A stretch of DNA of 64,000 nucleotides from Dudresnaya verticillata (taxonomy: Eukaryota): assembly GCA_977862235.1 (NCBI GenBank), contig OZ374565.1, positions 1,736,001 to 1,800,000 on the forward strand. Reading direction: 5' to 3'. Positions 47,691 to 60,200 of the stretch are shown here, piece by piece. Each line of letters begins with the position of its first letter. Positions within the stretch are counted from its first letter, which is position 1. Both the position numbers and the translations under genes were made by a program. The notes beneath the pieces were generated by a model. It searched no databases. It was not told the origin of the DNA and saw only the letters and a list, made by a program, of their open reading frames with translations.

Positions 47691-48286
47691 TCTGGGCACG
47701 ACGCCCCATCCCCTCCACTCACCTCCTCGGCGGGGCGCCTCGTGCTTAAGGAGGGGGCCCCAGGCATTCTTTGCCTGTCATTGCCCTTATCCAGGCATCC
47801 TTTGCCTTTTTCCCATCGATGGGAACACGTGGGGCCTAAACCCCACGGCACGGGCATGAATTGGGGCTGCCTAAGCCGGTGTCCCAAGCCGAAAGCACCC
47901 CGCGCCGATGGCAGAGGCCAAGGAGCAGGGGAGCTCTGCGAACTGCGCATCGCAGGGACGCTGGGCACGACGCCTTTCACCAATGCCGGCTCGAAGCCCG
48001 GCAGTAGCGACGTCCAGCTACGCATAAAACAACCCGCGCCGTCGGGGGTTGTCTTACCAACGCCGACGCGAAGCTGCACACAGGTGGCGAAGGGCAGGCG
48101 TCGACGCCCCCTTCTCCACCGCCACGCAGCAGATGCCCACGCAAAAAACGAGGGCACGCGCACGCCGATTCGACTCGGGCGAGGGGCCTCCGCCATATGC
48201 GCACGCGAAACGAGCGTCGAAGCTCGACGCGACCCGGCTAGAGAAGCCACTAAGCCATCCAAGCCGAAGCGCCACCGACATCGACA

Positions 48287-50742
48287 TCAAGTGGCAGCTG
48301 CACGCAGATGGCGGAGAGCAGGCGTCGACGCCTCTTTCACCAACGCCGCGCCACAGTCGTTCGTAATCGTCGGCCAACATCCCCCACCCTGGCGCCTAGC
48401 CGGGAGCCTCTGCACCTCGCGGGCACAGCCGTCCCGCTCGTCGCGGTATCGAACCGCGACGGCATTGGAGGCATTGACGTCCTCCTGCAGCGCCACTGCG
48501 CTCGACGCCAGGGCCTGCAGGAGCATGCGTGTCGACACGCCTTGCCCGATGCGCGCCAAGGAGGCCGCGCTGCGTATAGTCGGATCTGCCCAAACTGCCG
48601 CACTCACCGCCTCGTCCAGTGGGTCGACCACTGGAGGGGGTGGGACATCAGCTACCGCCGGCGACCCAGGCGGAGCCGGCGGGGGCTGGTACACCTCAAC
48701 GGCAGCGGTGGGAGGTGCGCGGGCCGTCAACAGCCCCGCAGCAGCCAGTCCCCCGACTGCCGCAGGGGCGATTGGCGCACGACGCGCGGACGCCCTCGGG
48801 GCGGCGGGATTTAAGATTTGGTCTCCGCCGCCATGACGGCCGCGGCTGACCCGGGGTTAGCACCCACGCCACGACGGCGACGACCGGCGCGCTCACCGCG
48901 GGCCATGACGGCCATCGAGGCGAACCCGGAGCGCTCGACACGCTCCCGGCGGTTTCGCGTGCCACGGTTGCGCTGGATCTTATACAGAGCCCCTGTCTCC
49001 GGCAAGAAGCCACACACGAACGCGTCGACGCGTGAAGAGAAGTGACGCCTCCGCGTGTGCTTCTCGATTGCAGCTGCAACTCGGCGGACTACGCTGAGCA
49101 GCTCGCCGAACCCAAAGGACTTGCCATCCGAAGGACGGAGCAAGTCTGAGAAACAAGGCCTCTCGCTCGACCAGCCGGCCGTCAGGAAAGTGATCAGGCG
49201 GCCGTCGAAGACCCAGCCTGTCCCCTTCGCGAGGGGCTCTCTGCAATAGCGGCGGCTCACCTCGAAGGGATATTCATCTGAGCGCCTAGCCAGGAGCTCA
49301 CGATGAGCAGCTACGCGACCAGTCGTCGCGTAGTGGAAGTACCGGTCGACGGTCGTCCACGGGACAGTGAATCTCGATGGCGTATCACGGTGTGAGTACC
49401 ATTCCGCTGATGGGAACCAGGCCGCGTCGAGCGCCGGGTGCAACTTGCACCCCTTTGACGGGCGTCCTTCGCCCGGGGCCTTGCACACGTCCCAGTCCTG
49501 TTCCCCGAAGCACACCCCAAAGAGCCGGCGCGCAGAGTCGGCATCGGCCAGACGATGCGCGAGATCCACGGGCTCGTCGACGGGCACCATGCGCATCTCT
49601 GGGATGGTGGCGGGTAGGGGCGGGGCCCACTCATCGGTGGGTGTCAGGAAGAGGGCATCGGCTGCCCTGTCCACCCGCCGAAGCTCCTGAAGGGAGGCGA
49701 CGTAAGAAACGTCGCAGGGTAACTCCAACGGCGTCAGCCAGAGTATGGCGTCCGCCGGGAGGAAGGCGGCATTGGCTGCTGTCCCTCAATCCACGCTAGC
49801 GTGGGCCACACTCAGGAGCCGCCGGACGTCTGCCCGAGGCTCCTGTAGCCCGCGCCACTGGTCCAGCGGGATCTGGTGGCGCGGCGCCCCCCGGCGAAGA
49901 CCGTCTCGGTCGGGGGTGCGTGCTGTCCAGGGGGGCCTGGCCCATAAGGGGCGGTCCGACTGAGACCGACACCCCACTAAGAGGCACGACGGGCGCAGCG
50001 GTGGACTCACCCACGCTCGGGCCTCCCCCTCTGCGTTGGAAGAGGCCACGGGGGGCGGCATCGGGGCCGTCGACGGCCCCACGCCAGCAGAATCGCGCGG
50101 CATGAAGGGTGCCGCCGCTGCGGGGACTTTCCCCGATCCGGAGGGCGTTGGCGACCTCGACCGACTAAGGTCGAGCACCCTTGCCACTGTTCGCACCGCG
50201 GAGCGTGGCGGCTGCTCCGCAGATTCCCTTCCTCGCGTCGACGCGGGTTGAGTACTCGTGTGAGCCGTAGACCCTGCGCGAGGTGGGCCAGTCGGCTGAA
50301 AGACCCGAGCCGCAGCTACTGGGCGCGGGGCCGCAGAGGCCGCCCCACTCGGGTCCTTCACTTTCTTTCCCTGCGCCGCGGCGAGGGCCACCGCCTCTGA
50401 CCAGACGTCAGCGGCGGGTGTTGGGGTAGGGTTGGCATCCACGCCACCCGCCCCGGCAACAGAAGCCGGCGCAGGAGCGCGCCCGGCCTTGCCTACCGTA
50501 CCCGTCGATGGGGGCGCTTCTTCTGGCGCAACCGTCGAAGGTTGCGCCTCTGCTGTAGCGACCGTCGAAGGTCGCTCTGCGGCTGACGCGGCCGTCGAAG
50601 GCCGCGCCTCCCCGCCTGCCGGCGCCTTTGGCACCGGATCGGCAGGTCCACCCCCCGCGACTGACTCGGTCGACGAGGTGGGGTTGATGACCGGCGCCCC
50701 CTCGGTAGGGGCGCCGCCCGCGATCGGCTCGCGTGAGTCCAT
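48287..50742 (-). pseudogene. Antisense additional ORF of element B, unknown function
   Basis: The ATG at 50742 (MDSREP) to 48811 is one frame with a single TGA at 49786. 48287-48800 is a probable frameshifted continuation with a helical C-terminus. Confidence 0.68.
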
Positions 50743-51069
50743 CTCCGCGTCGACGATGGCGATGGGGGGAGGAAGTTGAGAGCGTCGAAGCTTGAAGCGT
50801 ATGGCACTGGTCGACAGGCCGCTGTACGCGTGGGGGGAGAGTTGGTGGTCGTGGTGAGCGATGACCGGACCACCCCCCTCGGAGCCGCAGAGACGGTTCC
50901 CTAAATAGCTCGTCGCGGATAAGCGCGGGCACACCCGACGTGGCATCGACACCCGTCACCGACGGACGGCCGGGGACCCGCTGGCCAATCCCAGGCGCCG
51001 TCATGGCCACCCCACAGCGTGCGCGTCGTAACGGTCGCGACCGAGGCGTTCGCGCTTGATGGAAGGTTG

Positions 51070-51905
51070 TGTGGCATAGCTGTAAGACCAGCTGTGCCAC
51101 GCACGCGCAGCTGTAAGACCAGCTGCGCCACGTGTGCACCGCTGTGCGCACACTGTCAGCTGGTGGCGCGGAAGCCCCGCTGAACTGTAAGGAAGTGTGC
51201 AGTGGCGCCCTCGCGTGCACGTGTGGGCGTGTGACACTGAAACTCCATGTAATTTCTACGTTTATTGTTGTGTAGTGTACAGCACCGTCTAGTGTAAGCG
51301 GCGGTCGAACGCCCTGCTTTCCTGCGCGCCGTGCTCACGCACTCCGGCGCAGAGCCGTTGAGTGCGTGACACGCGCGCGCGTACTCCGGCGTCGAGCCGT
51401 CGAGTACGTGTGGACCGTTTCGCCCACTCGCGCCCCGGGTTACCGTTACCTGTACGCGTCGACGCGTGTTGGGGCGCGCCGGCACACCTCCCGGGTTGTT
51501 GCCGCCGCAGGCCCTGTAGTATGTTTAGTAGTCGCCCCTCTGGGCTTGAGTAAACAAGGAAAGTCAGCCTACGCCAGGCTTGCCCCATTCTGCTTTGGGT
51601 TTCTTTCCCAGTCCTTCGCCCTACGGCTTCCCCTCTTTCCCTAGCCGCCTAGGCTTTCCTTTTCGTTTCCCTACCGTCAGCTTCGTGGCGCCCCACGACT
51701 GGGACGCAGGGATCCGGCCGCTACCGCCCGCGTACGGTACCCCCGGTGTGCGCTCAGGCTTCGACGCCGTTAATCCGCGACAGTCGACGGCACGCGCGGC
51801 CGACACCACCGCTCTACCACCACCGCTGCCACCCTTCGACGGGCCTAGGTGCGACTAAGAGACCAGCCGCGCTAGACGTCAGTTCAACCTGACGTCTATG
51901 CCATA
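51070..51905 (+). repeat. 3' LTR of element B
   Basis: TGTGGCATAG...CTATGCCATA, preceded by purine-rich gatggaagg. Confidence 0.92.
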
Positions 51906-54900
51906 CGTCCTACATGCCCGGACTGACAATAAAAACATCGTGTCTATACGGCATCTCATTATTGAAGGATCATCACAGTGGATAATTGGCAGAAATGTTA
52001 CTAAACTCTGTAACATTATTCACGTAGGTATGAACAAACTAGTCCTACCGACATATGGGGACTCAATTTCTATTCAAGACAAGGGATCCCACAGCTTTAT
52101 ATCATACAAGAAGTTTTTAATCAACGACCAACAGTGTACATCTGCGAATTCGAACAAGAAGTACTGTGCTACAGCTCGTTTCAGCGAAGAAGTTGCCAGT
52201 CGCTCATCGGCTGACACAAAGAAAGTTATTGACATAGTTCACCAACATGTCTGCGGACACTCAAACTATACTGATATCAAAATTTTGCTACAGCGCAACA
52301 ATATGTGGAGTAATCAAGTTCAGAAATATCTCACCGATATCTTGGAAAGGTGCCCAAGTTGCCTTACCACTGCAGAACCCAAATCTATAAGAACAGTCTC
52401 CTCGAGTTCAATGAACAGAGATTTTAATGATGTTGTCTGTATTGACCATCTTTTTCTCGAAACTAATCATGTCTTCCTCATAATGGACTCGGTTTCAAGG
52501 CATTCGTCGGTTGATGTTGCTATAGACATGTCCATGAACCAAGCTATTGCGTTTTTTGAAATTTTATGGATAGGCCCGTTCTGGACGCCTAAGAGCATTT
52601 TATATGACCCATCGTTTTACAATACCGAGTTTCTGAGTTATCTGAAAGCCCAAGATATTGGAATTCTTCCAATACCTCTACGTCGCCATAACAGAAATGT
52701 GATCGAATCGAAACATCGTATCATGCGAGACGTTTACCTACGGTTAAGAGCAAGCTCTAGTAATGACGCACCACAGCACCTTCGACTATTGGTGCAGCAG
52801 GCACTTAGAATCTCAAACGACCTTTATGGAAACGATGTTTGTTCAGCTAATGAGCTGGCAAAAGAGTACACTAAACCAGTCGTATCCGGGTCGTTTCCCG
52901 TTCAAGTTCCTTCCGAGATTACTGAGGCGCACTATCAACTTATGGCAAAACGAAAATTTACCCGCATCCTAGGGTCGAAATCTATCAAAGACGTCCCGAT
53001 AAATGTTGGAGATACAGTTCAAGTTTGCATCAAACAGCAACATGTCAAAGGCGGGCAGTGGTCAGCACCGAAGGTAATTTTGTCCTTTGACAAAGTGTCT
53101 GGGACTATTTCAGTAGCTGGAAAAAATGGACGACATGTCAAGGCGGCTATAGAAGATGTTCGACCTGCTCTACCAGAAGATACACTTGCCTGTGCTATCC
53201 AAGATGGAATTGATACGATGTCGAAAACACTAACGGAATGTATTGATGATTTTTGCTCCCACGAAGAAGAGTCTGCAATTTCCGACAAAGGAACTGAAAA
53301 TCAAATTCAAATACTCCCTGACAATAACAGCAATGAATTTGCGATTGATTCTGATGATAACATCATCGATTGATTCTGATGATAACTTGACAAGTCCGCC
53401 CAAAGTTGGTGATACCATTGATGTATGCTGGCCCTTGATGAAAAAAGTTTACACTGGAAATATTTCATCCATAAACGAAGATGAAACAAGCACAGCATTG
53501 AATATACAGATGGCGAAAAGAAAGCCTAAATTTATCAGAAGAGACCTGGAGATACAGTTCAAGTGAAAATATTTCTGCCAACACTAGTAGCCTCTCACTT
53601 ACCAGTTCCTTACAAACAGTTCTACAGTCATATGTAATTGCATTTGGACATAGAGACTTCATCCGTTATCAAGCTCAAGGGTTACCAACCTTTCCACTTC
53701 TAAATGCTTACCAATTGGAAGAAGAGTCATTTAAGAAAACGGTCAAAATGGTCCATTTAGCCGACATTCCAAAGAAGACAAATGTAACTACAAGCCATGT
53801 TATTTATAAGTCAAGGAAAATGATGATGAGACTCTCAAGATGAAACCAAGAATTTCCACACATGGAAATAAGGACAAAGACAAGTATGAACGTAAATCAG
53901 ACTCATCCAACTGCCCACCAAAAGGCATTCGCATACTGATATCAATTGCATCTCTATGAAAATGGTTTTTGGCTAAAATCGACTTCAAAAGTGCTTCCTA
54001 CAGACTGGGGCCGCTCAAAGAGACGTGTATGTCATCCCCCTAAACAAAGCAACGACAAAAAGCATTTTTGGTTGCTACTCACAGCTGCATATGGTCTTGT
54101 TAATGCGATTGCAAAGTGGCAAAAACAGAGTGACAACTTTCTAGAGTCCATTGGTCTTTCACAACTAGTTTACGTTCCGCACTTGTTCTACACGGAGGAT
54201 CAATCCGGATCACTGAAACTTATATCAGTCAAGATTGTCGATGATGTTTAATTTGCCGGAGATGGGCAGCTGGTTCGAACAATCATCCGCAAAATTCAAG
54301 AAAGGTATGAGCTTGGGACTATATTCATGGCCCTGGGTCATTTCTTTTCTTCGGACTACACATAACTCAAGAAACGGACTACTCTATTTCTATATACGGT
54401 GATGAAAAGCTAAACAGCGTCGCTTTTTACCCTATTAACCGACAAAGAAGAAAGCAAACCGAGGAAGTTCTAAATGATATTGAAAATCGAGCCTATCGAT
54501 CGGTTAATAGCAGTATTGGATGGCTAGGTATTTCCGCTATTGGATGGCTAGGTATTTCCGCCTCCCCGTTTTGTGCATTTTACGCCAGCTATCTACAACA
54601 GAAAGTGCCGAAAACTACGGTTCACGATATGATATCCCAACTCAACTCAGTAAGGCTGTTGCAAAAGCTGGGAACAACTATTAGCTACAAAAGGCCAGAA
54701 GATTCATGCAACTATATTCTTTCGGTTCTGGTTATCTCTGATGCCAGTCGATCAGTAGACCACGGTCAGTTCGGTTCTGTTGCCGGGCTCCTGATCGGCG
54801 ATTTTAAGATTGGGTCCATCTACCACATAATATCGTGGTCTTCCCATGCGTCTAAACGCCCAGTGAAGTCTATTGGTGCCGCAGAAATCCTTGCAGCTAG

Positions 54901-55252
54901 AGAAGCAATAGATGAAGCAAACGTTCTGGCCTCTGCATATGGAAAACTTCTGAATGCTGAAATCATTCTCATAATCGCTTTGGACTCAAAAGACTTGTTT
55001 GAGAGTCTGTCTACTTGCAGAAATTCTGTCGACAGATCTATTCGAGCCGATGTCAGTGTGATACGGTATGAATTTGAAACACACAACATTAACACAATGA
55101 TATGGATTCCAGGCAAAACGAATCTAGCAGATCCACTCATCAAGCCTAACAGTTCGTTGGTACAACCACTACAGTTGACTGTGTTTTCTGGTGAGATCTC
55201 TATGGATTTCGAAGAACACTTATTTCGTGAGTCAGAACAGTTCACTGGATAA
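51906..55252 (+). pseudogene. pol: Copia pol: PR C-terminus, integrase, SH3-like and Tudor domains, RT, RNase H
   Basis: HQHVCGH...CPSC; VCIDH, YDPSF, IESKH; RT AYGLVNA, KIVDDV; RH SDAS, SKRPVKSIGAAE, LDSK, NLADPLIK. Many frameshifts. Confidence 0.93.
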
Positions 55253-55276
55253 GTTCAGAAGAGAAAGTGGAAGGAG

Positions 55277-55605
55277 TATGAATTATCGTTGATCGACTTC
55301 CTTCGTGTTGCATACTCTCTGTTCCGTGTAGGATATACTAATTCGATATTGGCGATACCACCTCCACTTCTTGCATACCATACGCTATTCGATAAGAAGA
55401 TAATGGTAGCTTTTTGTAAGAATCATTTATCCAACGTACCCAACACTGACATTTAAGGATAGCTTCTCATATACTTCAAAGCATGAGGGATGAAAGTCGG
55501 GAGAAGCCTTGATCCAAGATACCCAGTTCTATCCTAGTAAAACCTGTTCTACAAGTTACCGCTACTGCTGCTAATCTGCTAATCCCTTATTTCATTTCAT
55601 TTATA
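55277..55605 (+). repeat. Copia 3' LTR
   Basis: Follows the PPT; TATGAA...TTTATA, then the TSD GTAGA. Confidence 0.92.
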
Positions 55606-57270
55606 GTAGATGTCTATGGCCGTGTTGGATCCGGCTTTGAATCTGGCGTCCAACGTATTGCTAATTGCATTGCCAGCAAGCGCAGGACCTCTCCGTCTAC
55701 GGAGAAACTTCGCCTCACTACTTGTTTACTCTCTTTCGTTCTCCAGTACGTCGTGGTGAGTGTTAACCGTCGCATCTCGCTCCTCCGCCTCTTTAAGGTT
55801 GCTCTGATTCTTAAGCCCCACTCTACTGCACGAGGTGGTCCCTCGTTTCTGACACGTGGGGGAACTGTTGGAATGGACTTTCCCGCGATGTGTCGGGTCG
55901 ACGACCGCTATTCGTAAGCTCTACCGCGAAGCTCGCGATCTAGCGTCGCAACTTTTCCAGTCGCTCTTCCCAACTTCAGTCTCAATTGTTTTGCAGCCAC
56001 AGCCGTCATCTGCAGTTCCCAACACCTCCTTAGCCCAGTCCCCTTCCGGGGCCGCCTCTTTTCACAGAACCACAGAACCAGTCCACCTCATGGTGGTATG
56101 TTCGTGTGCGAGGGTGAGGTCAGTAAGTCTGCTGGAGAGGCTGCGCGAGCAGCGACCACGACACCGCTGGTGCCAGTCCGAGACCGCAGACCATTCGGCC
56201 CGTATCGAGTGATGCTGCCTGCCACATGGTGCCCAAGCTACTGGGCGGAGCGCTCGACTGCGTTCGACTATTAAACTCGCAGTTAACCACACGGCGATTT
56301 AGCATACCGGACGCGCAACATGCGATCCAAGGAAATCGACTCGCTCCCCATCTACAGTTCCCCAGTAAAACTGTACAAACGCTCCTATAGAACGCCACAT
56401 AAGAACTCCCGAACCCACCGCTGCCCACTTAGATCAGGTTTGTTTGTTGAGATCTCCAGGAGGCTGACACGTTCGACATATCATTCGTCAACCTCCGCAA
56501 GTACTTCAATTATATTGTGGTGGCTGGCGTGCGGACCTGGTAAGCTCTCATCAAGGATATCCGCGGCTGTGAATGGACGTGGCTGGGCGTGGAAAGTCGT
56601 CAGCAGCTATGACTGTGTCTGCGACCGGACGTGGCAAACTGTGGACCTCACAACTCACCGACACCTGCAATTGTGTTGTCTGGTTCTACAGTGTCACCCT
56701 GTAGTTTACTTGAATTGCAAAGAAAGTAGGAACGAACGATATTGCTGGAGAGCTGGTTTCAGAGTATTGGAAGTCGACTGGTGTGTATTTAAGCGCTCCA
56801 CAAGTAGGGAGAACACACCTGGAGGCATCGAGAGCAACTCAGTAAACAACATCATCTAGTAGGACTCCACACGCGCGTGTACGAACTTTGTCTTTGGCAG
56901 GACTCTGCCCTCGCTACATCTATAGGAGATACTTCATCTCCAACCTTATGTTTCACAACACCGTTGGCACGATGTGCGGGTGCGCTTGTAAATGGGCCTA
57001 TTTTGGCCGCGTAGGCTCACCTTAAACTTTGAGTGAAGCTTACCATCACATAAGATACATCTCTTTCTGCGTTAGAAGTAAATGACAGTCTTTGTAGATG
57101 TAAAGGCTTCATTTCTAACCGATGTCTTGATGAAAAGGAAATGGTTACTTTATTACGTAGTGCATCAATCATCCAAACCCAATGACTAGATAGGAATGTA
57201 GGGTAAATTTAAGGTAAAACCGAAGGGAAGGATTTGAAGAGTCTTAAGGACAGTGGGGAAGGGAGGGAGG

Positions 57271-60200
57271 GAGAACGAAGGAAAGATCTTGGTGCAGGTG
57301 GAAGAGTGCGGCACCCAATCTGCCTCTTATACGGAGAGCCATTACACAGAGCCGAAGTCCAAGAAACAGTAGTAGTGTGTAATAAGATCCAAAAACGGCG
57401 TTCTTGAATAGTTACCATAAATTAGCACACACCTTTTGTGGTTGCTTCTTAAAGCAGTACTTAATATTGAATTATTCGACGCGCATTTGCGTTGTCTATA
57501 ATTTGCGCCGCATCGGGATCTCCATAAGGCTATGGAGTGCAGGACTCTCGGCACGGCTCGCTACCCATACCATGTTCTTCTCACTCGTGTCAAGCACCTT
57601 GGGACACACAACGAAATCCGAAACCCTAGCAACGTCTGACACAGGCCGCGGCAGAGCTTACTGAGGGGGCGGGATCAGGAGCCTCGAAGAGTCGACCAGT
57701 GACCAGAAATATATATTCATTTCCGTTGACATAGGTAGCCGCGAGTCGAAATAGACGTTAACAACTGTGTTTAGACTACGCCAGCCGCCTCTTGCAGTAA
57801 TTCGGGGAAGTGGAACGTTGAGTAGGACCATAGCCGTCACAATTCCACTTCATAAACTGTGAGAAGAGAAACTGGAGAAAGACGGAGGAGTAACTTGTAG
57901 CGCGGAAAGACAAGCTTTGAATGCATCCCTTACAACCTGTGGGCGGAGCGAAATGCCCGGTCGAGACCAAAAGGTGCCGTTGTGCTTCCAGAGGCCTTCT
58001 GAGCACGATAGTATCGCAATTGTAGAGCGAGGGGATTTCGATGCGCGAAGGAGGCTGGCGTATGTCTACAATTGAGCGATGATCCTCCCATGTTTCGTAT
58101 GTGTCGTATGACGAAGTCCACGGTGACGCAGGGAAGTCTCGCACTGTAAGGAATAGCATCAGAGCCTAGCGTATGGCCTCGTAGCCTCACGCAGAAAGTA
58201 AAAGGGGTGGTACCGTGGTAGAGCGGAGCGAACAACAAGAAGGACCACGCTGTCAACGTATTCGTGCGCGGAAGGGAGAACTCGAGCTATCGATCACTGG
58301 GAATGACTCCGGGTGCGTGGGGCTATCGAAAGCGAGGTTCGACCGTATCCGCGGTCACGAAGACGAAGACACCGACCTCGAAGAAACAGGCGTTTACCGA
58401 AGACTCCGAGGTCCGGACGCTAGTGGCTTACCGGAAACCCTCGGAGGTTGTGCCAGACGACTGGCTAAGTAATACTTCGTGAGCATGAATACATGTCAAC
58501 GTGGGAGACAATTCGTACTCAAATGATTCGTAACGGCCTCGGTTCCCACGAACGGTCGTCTCACGTATGGTGGCGGTTACGGAGTGCGCCAGCGATGCAT
58601 ACGGAGGTGCACGCGCATCATGGGCCTCGGTGCCGTTACGCGCAGGAAACAACGGGAAGATCAAGAAGGTGTCAGCGATTTCGTATCGGGTGCGCACTGT
58701 ACTGCGAATGCCATCGTGGTGCGCGCGATCACGGATTCAGCTCGGAATTCGTCCGGAGGTGTCAGGGATTTCGTATCGCGTGCATGCTGTAATGCTAATG
58801 CCATCGTGGCGCGCGCACAGTATGTGCATAGTAATACGTTTGCCATCGTGGCGTCCGCATTCACGGAGTCACTTCGATATTCGTACTTCTCGATTATTTT
58901 CACGTAGACCACGGAGTCTTCTTGCGCACAGCGTCTATACCACAGTATGAAACAACTTTTGAGTGTGCGTGGTCGAGCCGTAAGCGTAATGGAACCGCCC
59001 GTGCCGTATGGATCATTGCCTTCCTCTGTACACATCTTGTATCTGCACTGTTCTAATCGAACCCCGCACCACGTAAGGAGGTACTGAAATTCCACCATCT
59101 TCGCTTGATATTCCAGAAGGGAGCCTCGTTCTGCATTAAGACCAATCACACGAATGTGGGCCATAAGTGTATCAGGAATCGCTGCTCGAACGTCCTGCAG
59201 ACTGACGGTCATCCTGGTAACGAAAAGCACGAATTAGATCGACGTGGTGACAGTTTAAGAGTGGTTCTTGATGCCGCAATTGCCTGTCTTCGCGCTGGTG
59301 ACGAGTGTGAATTGCGGAGATATAGTGGTCAATGAACCGACCGTTTACACGGCCTTCTTCGAATAGATACCCGATATAGGCAAGAATTGTTCCTTCTGAT
59401 GTAGGAAGAGCACAATTCCGGTTTCGATCACAGTAAACCATGAATTTCTTCCACTGTCTGCTCTTGGTCTGGTCTGTCGAAGCCGAAATGCAGTGCTGTT
59501 CTAGTCGAATTGTTTCTCTCCCGTCAGTAGTTGCAGGTACGAGAGAGGAAATACGGCACTGGATTGCTTGCGCTGTGGTTTCCCGACTTCTGCTAGCAGT
59601 AACCCCCAGGATGCGTTCGCTCGGGCTGACGTGAAGAGGGGTCGCCCTTCGGAACGTTCTATGACTCCTTCGTTGCGTGAGAGCTGTTTCAATATCCTCT
59701 ACCATGGCGTCCCGGTCCAGTTGGGGACGACAAAAACTCCATGGGCTGCTTCCTCTTTGATCTTGAGCAATGTCACCCAAATCCACGTCGGAGCTGGATT
59801 CCAAAGACGGCTCTTTCCGTCGCCCCAGTTGTAGTCGAACTGGACGAGTATGACCCTGCGCCGAGCCGAAGGAGCTTCGCCCACCGGCCAGTAGCATCTG
59901 ACGGTTTTTCACTGCATCAATATTGCGACGGATACCACCAGCGATGGTGTCGTGCTAAGTACCTGGGGTTCCAAGTGCGACTGAGGATGTCTGCGTGTCT
60001 TTTCAGTGCGGAAGGGAGCCAACTCGCTCGAATCTTCACCTTCAATTCCACCAGGACTTGGTGAAGAAGACGGAGCTCCTACATTAGTTCTCTGTTGGCA
60101 GAAACCATGTTGCGGATGATGTGGAACACCTCCATATTGTCCACATTCAGAAGGAGGAGGGAATTGTTTCCGTAAATACGGGCTTGAGCTAATGGTTGAC

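Larger units (their letters stand above)
32659..51905 (+). mobile_element. Ty3/Gypsy element 'B', internally deleted (no PR/RT/RH), with antisense ORF
   Basis: LTRs 32659-33492 and 51070-51905; TSD CGTCA/CGTCC; PBS TGGTCTCCCGACCTAGA at 33494; gag, then integrase plus chromodomain. Confidence 0.9.
31272..55605 (+). mobile_element. Ty1/Copia LTR retrotransposon, degenerate, split by nested insertions
   Basis: LTRs 31272-31493 and 55277-55605; perfect TSD GTAGA (31267-31271, 55606-55610); order gag-PR-IN-RT-RH; PPT agaaagtggaaggag. Confidence 0.93.

Noticed and set aside
47690..48836. C-terminal ~380 aa of the 727-aa integrase ORF as an extra domain
   Set aside because: Low-complexity read-through opposite the antisense ORF, probably from a lost stop codon.
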